A stretch of DNA of 63,720 bases, the filler included, from Octopus bimaculoides (lineage: Eukaryota): assembly GCF_001194135.2 (NCBI RefSeq). It is 3 parts of 3 records of this genome, joined end to end, with 100 filler letters (N's around TTAATTAATTAA, not from the genome) between each part and the next. Parts side by side here need not be neighbours in the genome. Positions count along the whole stretch, not along the records: positions 1 to 27,616 come from NC_068982.1; positions 27,717 to 58,754 come from NC_068986.1; 1 more part is not named here. One strand, written 5' to 3'. Positions 24,436 through 39,300 of the stretch are shown here, piece by piece (within the stretch, counting starts at the first letter, position 1; every line of letters begins with the position of its first letter). Position numbers and translations under genes: made by a program. The notes under the pieces were generated by a model. That model made no database searches. It was not told the origin of the DNA and saw only the letters and a program-made list of their open reading frames with translations.

Positions 24436-27265
24436 CTGTGTGCTTGTGTTTGTCTGGACCCAGCTTCAGAACCGGTGTTTCTGTACGTCCCCGTTATAAA
24501 ATTTATTCTTATGAATTTATTATAAGGTCTAATTCGAGTGAGATGAAGTTGCTATTTCTAGTAGATCAAGCTACCAGGCAGAGGCTCCAGAGTTAAGAAC
24601 TGAAGGATTTGTGAATATAATCCTTCAGATTTTAGATCAACGCTTTTATTGCTTATGGCTAAAACGGGAAATTATTCAATGACAGCCCACCAATCTTTTT
24701 CATAGACGCCAATATAAACTTGTATGAAAGGAGCCCCATTTGCCATCGTTTATGAGATATTTGACATAACCAAGTCATATCAAATATTTGAAGTGATATT
24801 TACAATAAGGATGGAAAAGAGTCTGGATATATTGATCTTTCACTTACATACAAAGCATAGAATATTCCTATATCACCATGGTCAAAGGAATTTAAGCCTC
24901 GACTATCCCATCTCATTTTAAGATATAGTGCGTATAAGACATTTTACATTGTCCTCTTTAATGAAACAATAGAGCGGGATTTCATTTAGATTTGGCTATA
25001 ATTTCAAGCAAGTCAAGCAACCACCTATCATAGAAGTTAATGAGATTTGATGTCTTCTCTGAATTTGCTGTCAGTGTTTCTTTTTGTAACCCCACTTCAG
25101 CAATGAATAAGCGAATCTGTAATCAAAGGCGGTACAGCCGTAAACGACCTGTTTTGTATAACATCATTGTGTATTTAAGACTAAGAGTATGGGGTGTCGT
25201 TTGAGGGAAATTTGGCTGTTATTTACAGTAAGAGAAACGACTACGAAGAGTTACTTTTACAGTGCTAATAAAATAAACTGCTTTCATAAGGAACAGAAAC
25301 CATTCATGGGATTCAGCTTTCAGAGGGCATATCTTTTGTTTCCATAGTACTTACTATATTGCTCGGTACTGATTTAGCCGAGAAAATCAATAAAACGAAA
25401 TACCTGGGATTCGGAGGAGTGCTGTCATGACACGTCGCGTTTCTACAGCGAAGTTTATCTTGCACTAGATGTGAACAAAAACGATTTGATCCAGAGAAAG
25501 AGAAAGAGAGATATAAAGAGAGGGAGAGAAAGAGAGAGGGAGGAGAATCTGTGATGGTATTGGATTTGTACTTTATTTATCGTCCTGGAAAGGATAAAAG
25601 GTATAGTCTGATGACGGTAGGTTTTGAAATCAGTGTGCAAAGGCACAGAAAGAATATCACCTGCTAGTTCGCCGTATTATGGCACCAGTAATAGAAATCT
25701 ATTATCCACACAGGTTTTAATCCTTTGAAGAATCTTAAATGAGAAAACTGTGCTGTGGTGTTTATTATTACTTTGAATCAAGGTCCTACGCCTGAGATTA
25801 TTCCTGCTATTTGTAATTTACAACTTTGACAATTTACCATACCACTCACCATACTATCCAATATAAAATATTAGCAACACATAAAAGAAAAAAAAACACA
25901 ATTCAAAAACATTCAAAAGCTTTATTTATTTTATTTATTAATGTTCAATAAATGGAATATTTAAAATAACGTCATGTTCCTTCAAACTCTGCTATTTAGC
26001 ATGAGTGTTAAGAAACTACATTACGTCACATTTAATCCAGAATAGATATATCCATCTTCTTCACTATTATACTTATATATTCTTCGTCGTATTCACAGTT
26101 ATTCTTCCAGAAAATGCCATAAATCAGAGTAGTATGCGTCCCCTACTCAACTTTTGGAGATAGCAGATACATGTAATTTATTTTGTTTTGGAATGTTGTT
26201 CAATTGTATGCGTTACACAGCCTACATAAATAATATTTACATTCTCATTCTCGAGTGCAATCACATATTCACTAATATCGTTGCAATCACATATTTACTA
26301 ATATCATTACCAAGTATCAGAAAACATACAATTCAGAAAGCGTAGGAGTAGTGAGTAGGTGAACAGATGTCAATTTTAATTTTCGTGTTATTTGATTATA
26401 TATATNNNNNNNNNNNNNNNNNNNNNNNNNNNNNNNNNNNNNNNNNNNNNNNNNNNNNNNNNNNNNNNNNNATATATATATATATATATATATATAAACA
26501 CGAAAAAACTTTCCAAAAATATCTTTAAGCATACATTTGCACATTATCCTATAATAAAAGCAAGTAGTCAATGATAATAATAATAATAACAACAAATAAT
26601 AATAATAATAACAACAACAACAACAACAACAGCAGCAATGATAAAATAATGGTTTTTAAAATACCTTCTCTCCCATATTTAAGCTATTCTAGATGCATTG
26701 CTTAAAGGATATATGCATGTAATCCAACCTCTTCAACCAGCTCTGCTGCCTCCGGCGTCAGAAGTTGCAATGAGGAAGGTAGACAAATGCAAGTCGGCTC
26801 AATGCAAATATTGACATGGAGTACAAAATATCGAGTAGGAGAAAAAGACATAAAGCAAACAAAATGTGTTATGTAATAGCGTTATCTTGAGAGCTGTTTC
26901 GGGAGAATTATCCTTATAGCATAGCCACGTTCATATGTAATAAAACATATGATGTCATAGGTGTCGATAATAACAAAATACGTTAGACAGACCAGCAAAC
27001 CAGATGCCATGTTTTCCCAATGAGTGTGACCAGGTTTGAGTAATGGATCCATAAGAACTTTTGTTATTATATAAACCTACGACATCATGGGTCTTTATGA
27101 CGTATGAACGTGGTTACAGTATGAGACTTGGTGCTCCCGAAGCAGGTGCGAAGATAAGACTATCGCATAACTTGTTTCGCCTAATATATTTCTTTCATCT
27201 GTACTCAGTATTTTGTAGTCCACGTAAACATATCCATTAAGCTTACTTGTGTTTATCTGCCTTTC

Positions 27266-27302
<37 letters not shown>

Positions 27303-29649
27303 ATAGACTTAGTTAAATTATTATTTCATTATTTTTTCATGAATATAGGCTTCAAGGCTGCAGCAAAATAAGTTTTTGCTCTTAGAAATCATCAGACGTT
27401 TAAAACATGTATTACAAAGCTTCTTTTTCTTGTTAAACACTTCTTATACCCATCTGATGATTGCTATAATGATAGCTATTTTTTTCTAGTCATGAAATTG
27501 AAACTTCGTACGAGATTGCTTACTACAATTTCTATAACTCAAAGATATGTATCTCTACTATAAGTGTTGAGTACTCTTATTTTGGTTTGGATATTTCTTT
27601 TCATGTATTTATATCANNNNNNNNNNNNNNNNNNNNNNNNNNNNNNNNNNNNNNNNNNNNTTAATTAATTAANNNNNNNNNNNNNNNNNNNNNNNNNNNN
27701 NNNNNNNNNNNNNNNNTATATATATATATATATATATATATCAATGGCGTATGGCGGTTTTTATATTGGGTGTGGCAGCACACACATTGCCAACAAATTT
27801 TAAGTTTTTCATTAATATTTGCGATTAAATTAATGAGTGACATTAATGTTTACATTGAACTTGGCATTTCCGAATTGTAACATTTCACTGACTTAACTAT
27901 AATCCCCTTGAACAAAAGAGTAAATATATATGAGTACAGAATCAACCCAAAGCACAGAGTAATCAGTTATATGAGTAGAGTAATGAGTATCGGCTCCTTT
28001 CCCCCACTGTTTTAGCATCAGCCATAATGCCAAATTCCCAACATGCATAAAAAAACCGTCAAGTATACTTGCCATGACTTAATCATTCTATGTACATATT
28101 ATTGTGCGTCATCTGTGCAAGATTATTCAGTAGAAATGTGATAAATAGTTTTCTTTGCGAAAACTACAGAAGTATGATTGCTTTAAATTATTGTTTCCAT
28201 ATCATTTACTTCAATGTCTCGGCTAGTGTGCAATTACTTAAATTACAATTACTTAAACTGCTTACTATTCTGCACGTTTTTTGATAAACAGGTTATTTAA
28301 TCTTCTGATAAAAATATAAGAGTAGAGAAGAATCTAGGTAATTTCAGTCACAAATTGCCTCCTGGCAAAGACATAATAGAGAAATATATTTATTTCGTTT
28401 TGTGTTGAAAGTGACCAAGAATTATAATTGAATTCAAAATTATAAGTGAATTAAAAATTAAGATTACAACTTTTATTTCAAATTTTACGTAAGTGTATAG
28501 TAGGTAATATAAAGAATTAAATTTTTCTTTCCCATCTTCACATGTGAGAAGGAATTATGAATATATTAATTTATCCCAATCCTTATTGAATACAGAATGA
28601 AATACTACAATATCTGCGGCAAATATGTACTTTCTCTGATGAAGTCTATAAAATATCTTTATGAGATACATCGCACGATTTATGTCTACCAAAAGAACAA
28701 AAAATGACTATAGTGTAAACACTAATTTGATATTTCACAGTTTGGGTAAAACTTTAGATTTACAGAAACATTTTTGTTCTATCAACAACCACCAAAACAT
28801 TGTTGGATATAGTATGAAATGCATTTTACTGAGACATTTGAATCATAATTTTATCGTTCAACATTTAAACAATTTACAACATTATGATGCATATCTCAAT
28901 TTTTGGCGGTGTTTTTAAACATGTTTTTGTTGCTAAAGAGTTTACCGTATTTTTGTTTTACTCAAGATGTACAGTATTCCCTTTGACGATTTAAAGTGAC
29001 TCCCAGAATTGTGGGAGAGATGAATGAAATTCTTCCGAAACATTGAGATCATTGCCCTTTAATTGCCACAGGCTAGACAACGCACAATTTAAAATATGCT
29101 GCTGTTAAATTACTTGACGGAGAAAGTTGTCTGACGGCTCCTTTCAATCATCTGTATTCTTGGGACCCTTTGGATATGTGCGCAGATGAAACAATCGTCG
29201 TCTTATGTTCTATTGCTGACACTACGTCTACTGAATTGGTATTATAAATATGGGCATTACCAACAGGGAAGAAGGTGCTCAAATGTGGTGTCCCTTTACT
29301 CCAATGGTGTATAAAACTTTCATATTATATTTGCTTTCACTTTTTTCAGCATTTTAGATATATAACTTCAAATTTCTCCCTTATTCTGCTAAACTTATTT
29401 GCCGATTTTCGAACTAGATATTATTTTTGTAAAACTCTGATTTCGTTCCAGCGGATGCCGAATTGTTGACCCATATTTTCTTCTATATTCTTCGGCTTGA
29501 AGTATGATACTAAATATCCGAAATCAATATGGAATCCACTGTACAACTCGCTCACAAATAACTGTAAACGATCAGTAAAAACGAAAGTTTACACACATCC
29601 TGCAGAGTTGTTCACAGACATGGAATCAGAGTTGGTATTAAAATCACAG

Positions 29650-29846
29650 AAGCATTAGCACGCAGGGGGAAATGCTTAGCGGTATTTCGTCTGCCGTTAC
29701 GTTCTGAGTTCAAAATTCTGCCGAGGGTTGACTTTACTTTTCATACTTCGAGATCAATAAGTTAAGTACCAGCTGCATACTAGGGTCGATCTAATTGACC
29801 CCTTCCCCTAAAATTTCGGGTCTTGTTCCTAGAGTAAAAAAGAATA
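29650..29846 (+). mobile_element. family B SINE
   Basis: gaaatgcttagcggtatttcgtctgccgttacgttctgagttcaaa...aaaatttcgggtcttgttcctagagtaaaaaagaata. Confidence 0.85.
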
Positions 29847-30583
29847 ATACGTAAATGAGAACGAAGTCTCTGGGTGGGATGTGTGTGTGTCAGTCATAAT
29901 ATATATTTTGTGTAACTATTACAACTATTTCAATTAATAACGACAAGAATATCCAAAATTATTAGAAGCAAAATAACAACAACTTTCCCAACGTAATTAA
30001 ACTTACAATAGCAGCAATTTTGACAAACGTGAATATTCGATTTAATATGAGAGATGTACTGGATCAGGAAAGCGTCTTACAGAAGAAGAAATAGAACGAA
30101 AGATAGTATAATATAACATAATATACGATAACATAATATAATATAAAACTAGTGTTTTCTTTCATTCGAAATAGTGTTTTAAATACAGTTGCTTGGAAGT
30201 GCTCAGCTCGAACCCGAGACGTTGGACATTATACAACTTGGTAATACAAGAGATAAAAATGTACATAATTATTTTATATTTATGATTTACATCAATATGA
30301 GAAATACATATAACATAAAATTACATCAAGACAAGCAACGACTCTATATATTATTTAGAAAGTGACAAGTTATATGACGTAAAAATATACCTGAAAATAT
30401 AAACAAATAAAGATTGATATATCAATTACAAATCATATTCAATTTATGAATAAAAAACGTTGAATTAAGGATTAAAATTTGTAAGATACATCGGCAGTAG
30501 TGAGAAATCCTAATTATGGATTTGAAAGTTTCGAAGAGTCTCGAATAAATGTTTATAGTAGGTTGTAACTTCAATATGAAGCA

Positions 30584-30621
30584 ATTCGACGGCCGTTTCT
30601 GGAGTCAGCTTCATCAGGAAT
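30584..30621 (-). ncRNA. minimal type I hammerhead ribozyme (Penelope-type), stem II slightly deleted
   Basis: Minus strand reads attc-CTGATGA-agctgactcca-GAAAC-ggcc-GTC-gaat: stem I attc/gaat, palindromic stem III ACGGCCGT. Confidence 0.6.
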
Positions 30622-31293
30622 AAGTAAATAGATAATTAAGTTTGAAGACATGCACGAGAAAAGAAAAGAAAATTTTAGGTTACATTAGGTTAGTCGTGGG
30701 CTACTCTATCAGATGCTACATATATACATACACACACACACACACCCATACACACACACAAACAAAGAAACAGACACACGCACACACACACACACACACA
30801 ATCAGCATACACACACATATACACACACACACACATACAATCAGCATACACACACATATACACACACACATATATATATATATATAGATATAGAGCAGTG
30901 GATGGTAAATCTCTACTCATTCAATTCCTAATATCATTTATATTCTGTATGTCGGACTAATTCTAATTCATACCCATGTACATTTTTTCTACCTTAACTT
31001 ACCTCTCATTTCATTTACTCATATATATATATATATATACGTAATTACACACAGATATATATGACAATAATATACACACCCAAAACAATGACTATTTTGA
31101 ATCATACACTAGTTACAGTCATGCACATGCTATTATTTTGCACAGGAAGAATTCATCAGATATTGCAATATATTTCATATCTTCTCAGCGTTCATACCGA
31201 ACTAAAAATATATTTGGTGTGTGCGTGTGTGCGTTTGAGTCCAGTGCGTGTGGTTGTGCGTGTGTGTGTATGTACGTGTGTATGTGTGTGTGT

Positions 31294-31387
<94 letters not shown>

Positions 31388-31503
31388 TTGTAGATATGTG
31401 TTTAACACTTCCGAGATAATAACAGGATTTTCTCTATTAATTTAGAAGAAATTGTAGGGTGCTTTTCAGGCATTTAAATAAAGTATTGTCTGATAGAGAC
31501 AAC

Positions 31504-31559
31504 ACATATAGTATAATTAAAGCATTTCCTCCAGGAAATGCTTTAAATATACTATATGT
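31504..31559. other. 56-bp near-perfect palindrome/hairpin
   Basis: acatatagtataattaaagcatttcct-cc-aggaaatgctttaaatatactatatgt: 27-bp arms, one mismatch. Confidence 0.85.
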
Positions 31560-32203
31560 TATAATGCTTTAACTATCCTCTATGTTATAATATACTAAAC
31601 GACTGGTGCAAATAAACCATTAAGATGTAGTTGCATTCTTTTTCCGTATTGACCGTATATTTTTAAGCACTTAGTAGAAGAAATTCACAGGAAATCTTCA
31701 TAATTATTTAGATTCAAGAATAGGAAAGTTACTTTTGCCTCTCGAATTAAAACAAAAACTGAACAACAACGTAAATATTACAAATAAATCAAGCTTATGA
31801 ATCCTTGATTCTGTAATCTTCCTCATTCGAAAATGTGGATTATTTCATTGCATATTGTTTGAAGTTATATATCTTTTTGTTATATTTCTTCTTTCTATTC
31901 TAATTCATGTTTTCGTTTTAGTATTTGATTTTGATCGTCAGTGTTTGGTGTTTGTTTTACCTTCCTACTTTTCATTCAAAGTTATATGATTGGCAGTTTT
32001 CCAGAAAGTTTCTACGAAGATTAGAATTATTTTGGAAAGTCTTTAGTTATATTGATTTTTTAACTTGTTCTGCTTAATGTAATTTCAATATCTGTCAGCT
32101 TCTATTCTCTCTTCAAATATACTATATACGTCATTTTATTTCACTCTTTCGCCTTCTCTTACAACTTGTCTCTGTCCCTATATTTAACTGTATCAATATT
32201 TTC

Positions 32204-32253
<50 letters not shown>

Positions 32254-32668
32254 GTTTCTACTTTTGTCTCTTCTTCCACTCTCTACTTCTTTATCCATTT
32301 TCTAAACAAGGATGGAGTTGGGTGTAATTTAACTCTTACAATACTAACATGTACCTTTCTATTGTTACAATTTATGTATGTTTTTTTCTGATATGCTTTT
32401 CATAGAGCAACAACTTGAAGACGCAATTGTATGTTCTTTTATATGGAACTATTCGAATGTATATATATGGTTGAATTGGACATTGGCTTCAAACATATAG
32501 TAGCTATTGCTTAAAACATTATAAAGTAAGCATTTGATATAAATTTACTCACATAGTTTGCAATCCATGGAGTTGTATATCCATACATATATACATACAT
32601 ACATACATAAAGAAATATATACTTATATGCAAACATGCATGTAGGCATACCTGCATACACACACACAC

Positions 32669-32709
<41 letters not shown>

Positions 32710-33106
32710 GATGCATATATATATATATNNNNNNNNNNNNNNNNNNNNNNNNNNNNNNNNNNNNNNNNNNNNNNNNNNNNNNNNNNNNNNNNNNNNNNNN
32801 NNNNNNNNNNNNNNNNNNNNNNNNNNNNNNNNNNNNNNNNNNNNNNNNNNNNNNNNNNNNNNNNNNNNNNNNNNNNNNNNNNNNNNNNNNNNNNNNNNNN
32901 NNNNNNNNNNNNNNNNNNNNNNNNNNNNNNNNNNNNNNNNNNNNNNNNNNNNNNNNNNNNNNNNNNNNNNNNNNNNNNNNNNNNNNNNNNNNNNNNNNNN
33001 NNNNNNNNNNNNNNNNNNNNNNNNNNNNNNNNNNNNNNNNNNNNNNNNNNNNNNNNNNNNNNNNNNNNNNNNNNNNNNNNNNNNNNNNNNNNNNNNNNNN
33101 NNNNNN

Positions 33107-33161
<55 letters not shown>

Positions 33162-33221
33162 GTCAATATATATATCTATCTATATATAAATATATATACA
33201 TATATATATATAAAGTAAAAA

Positions 33222-33599
33222 GTGAAAAGTAAAAAGTAAAACAGTCAAAAGGAAGAGTAAGTACGGTTAGGCAGCTTTTTAATTTCAACAAATGTTTCGA
33301 TACATACAGGTCCTCGTATATACAGGACTTAAGTTGAAATTAAATTATTTAACGATTTACCTGTATGAGAAGATCTATATATATCTCCTCAGGCGATACT
33401 CAGTAGCTGTCTCCGCAAAGCAAAATTTAGATTTCCATGCAGCATCATTCATGTCTTCTTCTTTGAAACTCTTCTTTACACTTTAAATCCTATATATGCG
33501 TGAATCTGTACGTATCGAAATATTTGTAGCGATTAAAAAGCTGCCTAACCGTACTTACTCTTCCTTTGACTCTTCGACTTTTTACTTTTTTACTTTCAC
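33222..33599. mobile_element. MITE-like element with ~90-bp terminal inverted repeats
   Basis: gtcaaaaggaagagtaagtacggttaggcagctttttaat...tttcgatac.tacag is mirrored at 33507-33570, extended by aaaagt/actttt tracts. Confidence 0.75.
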
Positions 33600-33740
33600 A
33601 CGCGAGGAATACCTAAGATTAGAACTGGTAGCATACCGGGTATTTGGGAATTATAAGTGTGAACGAGCTCTATTTGTACTCTTATACGTTCTTAACAGAA
33701 CACACCTCCACTGACTATATACATATACATACATACATAC

Positions 33741-33786
<46 letters not shown>

Positions 33787-34469
33787 NNNNNNNNNNGGAC
33801 TGGGACGTGGGTGGGTCACGTGAAGGTTTTCCCATTTCTTGCGAAATGAGTGGCCTGGCGCAAAATAAAGTGAACTTTTTTTTTTTTTTTCAAAAACACA
33901 AGTCATCGCTCAATTCAGGAAGGGAAACCACAATTCTACGATCAGAAAGGCGACAATCTAACCAATGAATCATGGGGACCATTTTGATGTATTTAGTGGG
34001 ACACTGTGACACAATTTGTTCTTTACTATGGCTATTTATTTACGGAGTCGAAAGCAAAACATCGGTTGTCAAGCTTTGGGATGTAAATACTGAGACATAA
34101 AGTCAATGTTCTCCTCTAGATGTTTCTTAATTCAGACTTGGAATTCCTCATTCCTTGAATAAACTTGCCACAGCTCCTTTGAATATCATCATGATTGGTG
34201 CCGATATAAGGGGGATAACTCTGAGCACGGACAGTTAATTTTTGTATACATCTCAAAGTGACTGTTACATATTTCTTCATTCAGTTGTAGCGGCGTTATG
34301 CGCCTTCAGTCATTTCAGTCTGATAAGTCATCTATACTGCTGAGAACATTGTCAGTGGGAAAACATTGGTCACCCTATGAACTTTAACCTCTTAAAAATT
34401 ATATTCCTACTCTAATGCTTTAGAGTGACTTCTCTTTCGGTAATATGAACTACTGATGAATAGCAAGCT

Positions 34470-35950
34470 TGAGGATTTTTTCAACACCGCAGATTGACAC
34501 GAGAAAAAAGGCAGCCGTCGATTAAATCGAATCGTCGTAAAAGAGGAAGTTATAATATCAGCTGTTCAAGAGATAAGGTCGAACATAGATCCAAATGGAT
34601 CGCCGGCTGTTCTTTTGAAGACATGCAATATAGGTCTCGCAAAACTACAGCATATAATATTTCAGGGCTTCTTGCAGGTGGTGTATGTCCCAAAATGTTG
34701 AAATGTAGTATAATATACCTTGCCTATACAGTGGAAAGCAGAGCAGATACTAAACATATTACATGGTTATCTCTCTGACTTATGTTAGCATGATCATGGA
34801 ACAAGTTGTTCGAAGGAGGCTAATCACGTACCTGAAAGAAAATAATTTGCTCACGAAAATACCGCGTGGCTTCCATCCAAGGGAAGAGTTACTTCACACA
34901 GCTACTCCAGCATCATGTCTAGGTACTGAAAAATTAATTCAACCACTGAAATGTGGATGTGATATATCTTGTCTTTGCTAAAGCTTTTGACAAACATTAT
35001 TATGGAATGATTTATCAAAAATCGTGAGACACTCGTATCGCTGGAAACTAGAAAATTGGTTTCATGAGATTTAAAAGTTAGACAATTGCAGTAAATCGTG
35101 CTCGCGCAGGGGAAATATCAGTTCGAATCGGAGTAACTAAAAAAACTGTAATGGGGCCACTAATTTTTTGGTGAGTTTCTCTGACATGACCTCAGTCATG
35201 CAGTCAGCCACTCTAACCAGCTATGCCGATAATACAAAAGTATCACAGGTGGTCAAATACCACGGTGAGTTATGGAAACATTAAAAGAACCCGAATCCGA
35301 TATTGAAATGGTTAGCTGAAACTAACAGGCAATTCAATGATGAGAATATTCAAGCTCTCCACCATGAGATCACAAACAGTATACACTTGAATTACGCACG
35401 ACAAGAGGGTAATGTAGTCCCAGAGTTAGAGTCATTACGTTACCTGGGAATCCACTGATTAATGATGCAACATTACATGCGCATATTATCAAGATGGTAA
35501 CACTGTACAGCGTAGTAGCTTGTTCGATTCTGAGAGCATTAATAACCAGGAAAATGAATAACATGTCCCTACTGTGAAGAACTGTCGGCATCAGTCGTTT
35601 GAACAATCGCTCCGAAAGGAGGTCACCGCAGAGCCACTGTTGGAGGATTGACTCGGCGAAACAGGTGAGCTAAATGAAGTGGAGAAAGCGTGAAAGGTAT
35701 GCAGTGATATGCATATGTAAGGTCCTGGAAAGTCTAGCTCCCAACTATATAATTAAAAGATAAACAAACCATTGGACGGTACTGCATTGTATCAATTATC
35801 TCGTCTTCTTCATCGAAAATAACGGCCCAATACTGTAACACCTTGGGATTCAAGGGCCCACAACTATTCAACATTCTGCCAAATAACCTCGGAGATTTAG
35901 GATGTGAAGATGTGGAGGTCTTCAAAAAGGGAATGGACAAAGTTTACTGA
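34470..35950 (+). mobile_element. decayed CR1/L2-group LINE reverse transcriptase region
   Basis: Remnants PAVLLKTC, ISLT..MEQVVRRRLITYLKENNLL..GF, VDVIYLVFAKAFDK, YADNTK, GPQLFNILP..VFKKGMDK; many stops and frameshifts. Confidence 0.85.
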
Positions 35951-36266
35951 ATCTGAAAAGCACTTCTCACACCCTGTGCTCACAGCTGTACAATATATGA
36001 TATAAAAAGAACTACATTTTATTTCAATAATGCTTTGCGAACTGGTGGAAGAAGGCTGCGCTAGACGGTGTTCAACAATGATGGCACTTAAGACAATTAT
36101 TGACGTTGTAAATGTCCGTTGGGATTTCATCAACTGTTATTAATTATCGTGTTAGAAAATTTCTACAAATTAGCATACTGAAAGGAAAATGATGTTCCTA
36201 ACCAACAAAGATCTGAAAAAAGATTGTTTTGGTATGAACATTTCTTACTGCAACACACATACTCGC

Positions 36267-36313
<47 letters not shown>

Positions 36314-39300
36314 ACACACACGCGCACACGCGCACACACATACATACACACACACACGTATGTAAACAGTCGTTTTCTATCGTGTATCAAGACCATATTG
36401 TGACATCCTTTTGCATATGTCAGTTTTCGAGATTGAAGTGTGGAAAAACGTGATAGTTTATAACCTCATACACTCAGAATATTTTCGTTAGCAGTGGAAT
36501 AAACTCTATCACGTTAACAAGTGGATGTGCTATTTTAGATATAGTTATTCATTAAAGTTATGTGTTTATATTTAGCTATATAATTAAAATTATTCGAGAT
36601 TAGTGATGTTATGTTATTCTCTTCATCTTGTGCCTAGAATTTTATTTTAGTAAATTCACTAATACACTTTTAAAGTAGTATGACATTTTGAATGTAGGTC
36701 GACATTTTTCTCAGTTTAGTTTTCTTATTTTGCTTTTAAGAAATATAGTGCGATAAAAGTTAACGATTTAAGTTTTATTTGCATGTTAATCTTGATTTTC
36801 GTTATATAATTCTTCATTTTTCAAATTCTAACATTCTAACATTCACATTCTAACATTCAATTAATAAGAATTATCTTTATGGTTAGGAAATAATATACAT
36901 AGGTTGTTTATGAGAGCATTTTGTTTTAAGATAACCTTGAAGCTTTACTAAGATTTTTATTGTTTTAAAATCTAAGGCGGTCAGGATGTGATTCAAAGAG
37001 TAGCAGCTATCAGTAGAAATCAGATTGTATCACGACAAAACTATCATCTGTATTACAAATGTAAGGAAAACAGTCTAAAATAACGAATAAGAAAAGTGGT
37101 GGTTGTCATCCCACTAAATCCGTAAAAAGAATAATACATTTTGAATCGTAAAATTGAACAGACTAATTAATAAGCATTTAAACCCTAACAGACCGAGACA
37201 GCAACGATATTTCTATGGATTTACACAATTTTTTAATTAAACCTCCCTCGCATGAGAGGCTACTTTATTTGGAGACCTCGAAATAAAAATAGAAGCAAAA
37301 AATGATATTACAGGCTGGAAAGCCGTCCATCCTAGGAATACTGGAGGGTGGTTGCGTTAGAGTTTTTCAACTATAGAATAGACAATTTTTGTGTTATTTA
37401 TTGTGGAACAAAAAAATGTAATTCGCAATGAAGGAGGGTGTGTGCACCATCAATTTTCTGATATGTCTCATTGGGATAAATAATTTCTAAATTGGTTCCT
37501 GTACCTCTATATTCATAGCTTTCCAAATGTTATAATGTTTAATGAATTACAAATTCGTGGATGTGCCCATTATTTCTTATCTTCATATAAACTATATATA
37601 TATAAATATTGTTTACATCATCTTGGGTAGTGTCACTTTAATAGAAGACAATCTTTAACCTTAGTACGTCAAGTATAGGATGGGCCACTTTTAGTGTCAA
37701 ATCTATACAAGAGCTGATTCTTGGTAATTTTCACCATTATCTCATCTCAGGTATGTTACCATACTCTGATCATTTACATAAATCATATTCTTCCAGTATT
37801 CTAAGATTTAGGATTTAAAGTTTGCATGAACTCCAGTGCTGAAGTCTACTAAATGTATTGTTTGACAAAATAGTTGAAGATGAATATTCAATTCCCGATG
37901 AACATTTAACTTGGAATAGAGAAACGTTCACGAAAACTACCCAGAAACATAAATTTAAATATACTAAGCCTATTGATGTAAACATCTTACTTAGGTTTGG
38001 ATGCTCCTGCGTTGGGCGTTACTGCATGAGATTGTCAAAGTACTTCAGTAGTATCGAACAGTTACGATGCTCAGTACACAGGTTCACGATAGGTTTACCA
38101 GCGGAAAGTCCCTGTCAATCGTTTGGTGATGGTTCACCTTTATATGTCCCTTTCAAATTAAGGACTCCCTTTGTTGAGATTCTTATAACATGTACTAACC
38201 AACTCAGTCGGCACTAAAAGATGGTTATAGACAATCGGGTATCGTCTGCTCTTCTTTTGTGGTCATCGTTGCTGATAATGTTGTTTTAGTTAATATGTAA
38301 ACATTTCAAGGAGTCATTTGCTGTTAATATATTTTTTGGCTACTTTTTCAGGTACCATGTTTTACAGCCATATAGAATGGTGTGACAAGAGAGCTTCTCC
38401 ACTGAGAAGGGTAAATATTTGATTAGCGTCTAGATGCCAGGTTCTAACAGTTCGGATTGATACTTGGTTACACTGAGCTACACAAAATCAACCTAGAGTC
38501 TGCAGATATACACATACGTTTTAACTCAATCTGATATTAATATAATCATATAAATGTGCACATGCGTGTATACAGGCGCATAGTCGTACATTCACATGTA
38601 TATGAGTGTTCATATCACTATGTAATACACTTAGAATATTCCATTGAGATGCAGTGTCATTGCCAAGCTATTGCCGTTTTCTTTTGGTTGGCGCCATATT
38701 TATCGGGAAGCTAAAATATACGAAAGAAATATACGTTATAAATATACGAAATTCATACTTTTTTAAATGTAATAATTTTTTTCCAAACCATAAATACTTG
38801 ACTTTTGCTTTCTCAGTCATTATTAAATATCTTCCTTTTTTCTATACTTGGAAATGACCTATATATGGATCATGGCAGTTTCTCAATTGAAGCCCACTTT
38901 TACTAATATTCTGGTTTGATGTATGCTAAAAGCGAATCATGATATCGCTGACTTGCGATGCAGCACAAATTTGTACTGAAATCAACGCTTTCAGAAATCC
39001 TCATGGTTTTGTTGTGAATGGTTTTCATGAATTAAATGTACTTTTATCTTTTCACTTCTTTCATACTGTCATGAAACCGAATTTCGAATGCTCTTCAATG
39101 AACCTTTTGAACATGTTTTACTTTCAGTCATAAACTAAACTACTTCTACTTGAAAATAATCTGAGCGTTTCTTACGGATGTTGTGAGAAATGAGTGTCAC
39201 TCCCAGCGAAAGCTTCAAACGCAAGTATATTAAATTACCGATGTGAAAATATAAAGTCTTCTCATAAAAGGAAAGCATGTCACTCTTTCAACATTTACAA

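Noticed and set aside
27661-27672. ttaattaattaa isolated between N runs (also 58799-58810)
   Set aside because: An identical 12-mer island inside two gaps points to a scaffolding or linker artefact, not biology.
29070-29240. ~55-codon open frame (KYAAVKLLDGESCLTAPFNHLYSW...)
   Set aside because: No clear acceptor/donor pair or homology; length is compatible with chance.
37858-38217. 119-aa ORF
   Set aside because: No recognisable motif, splice context or compositional bias.
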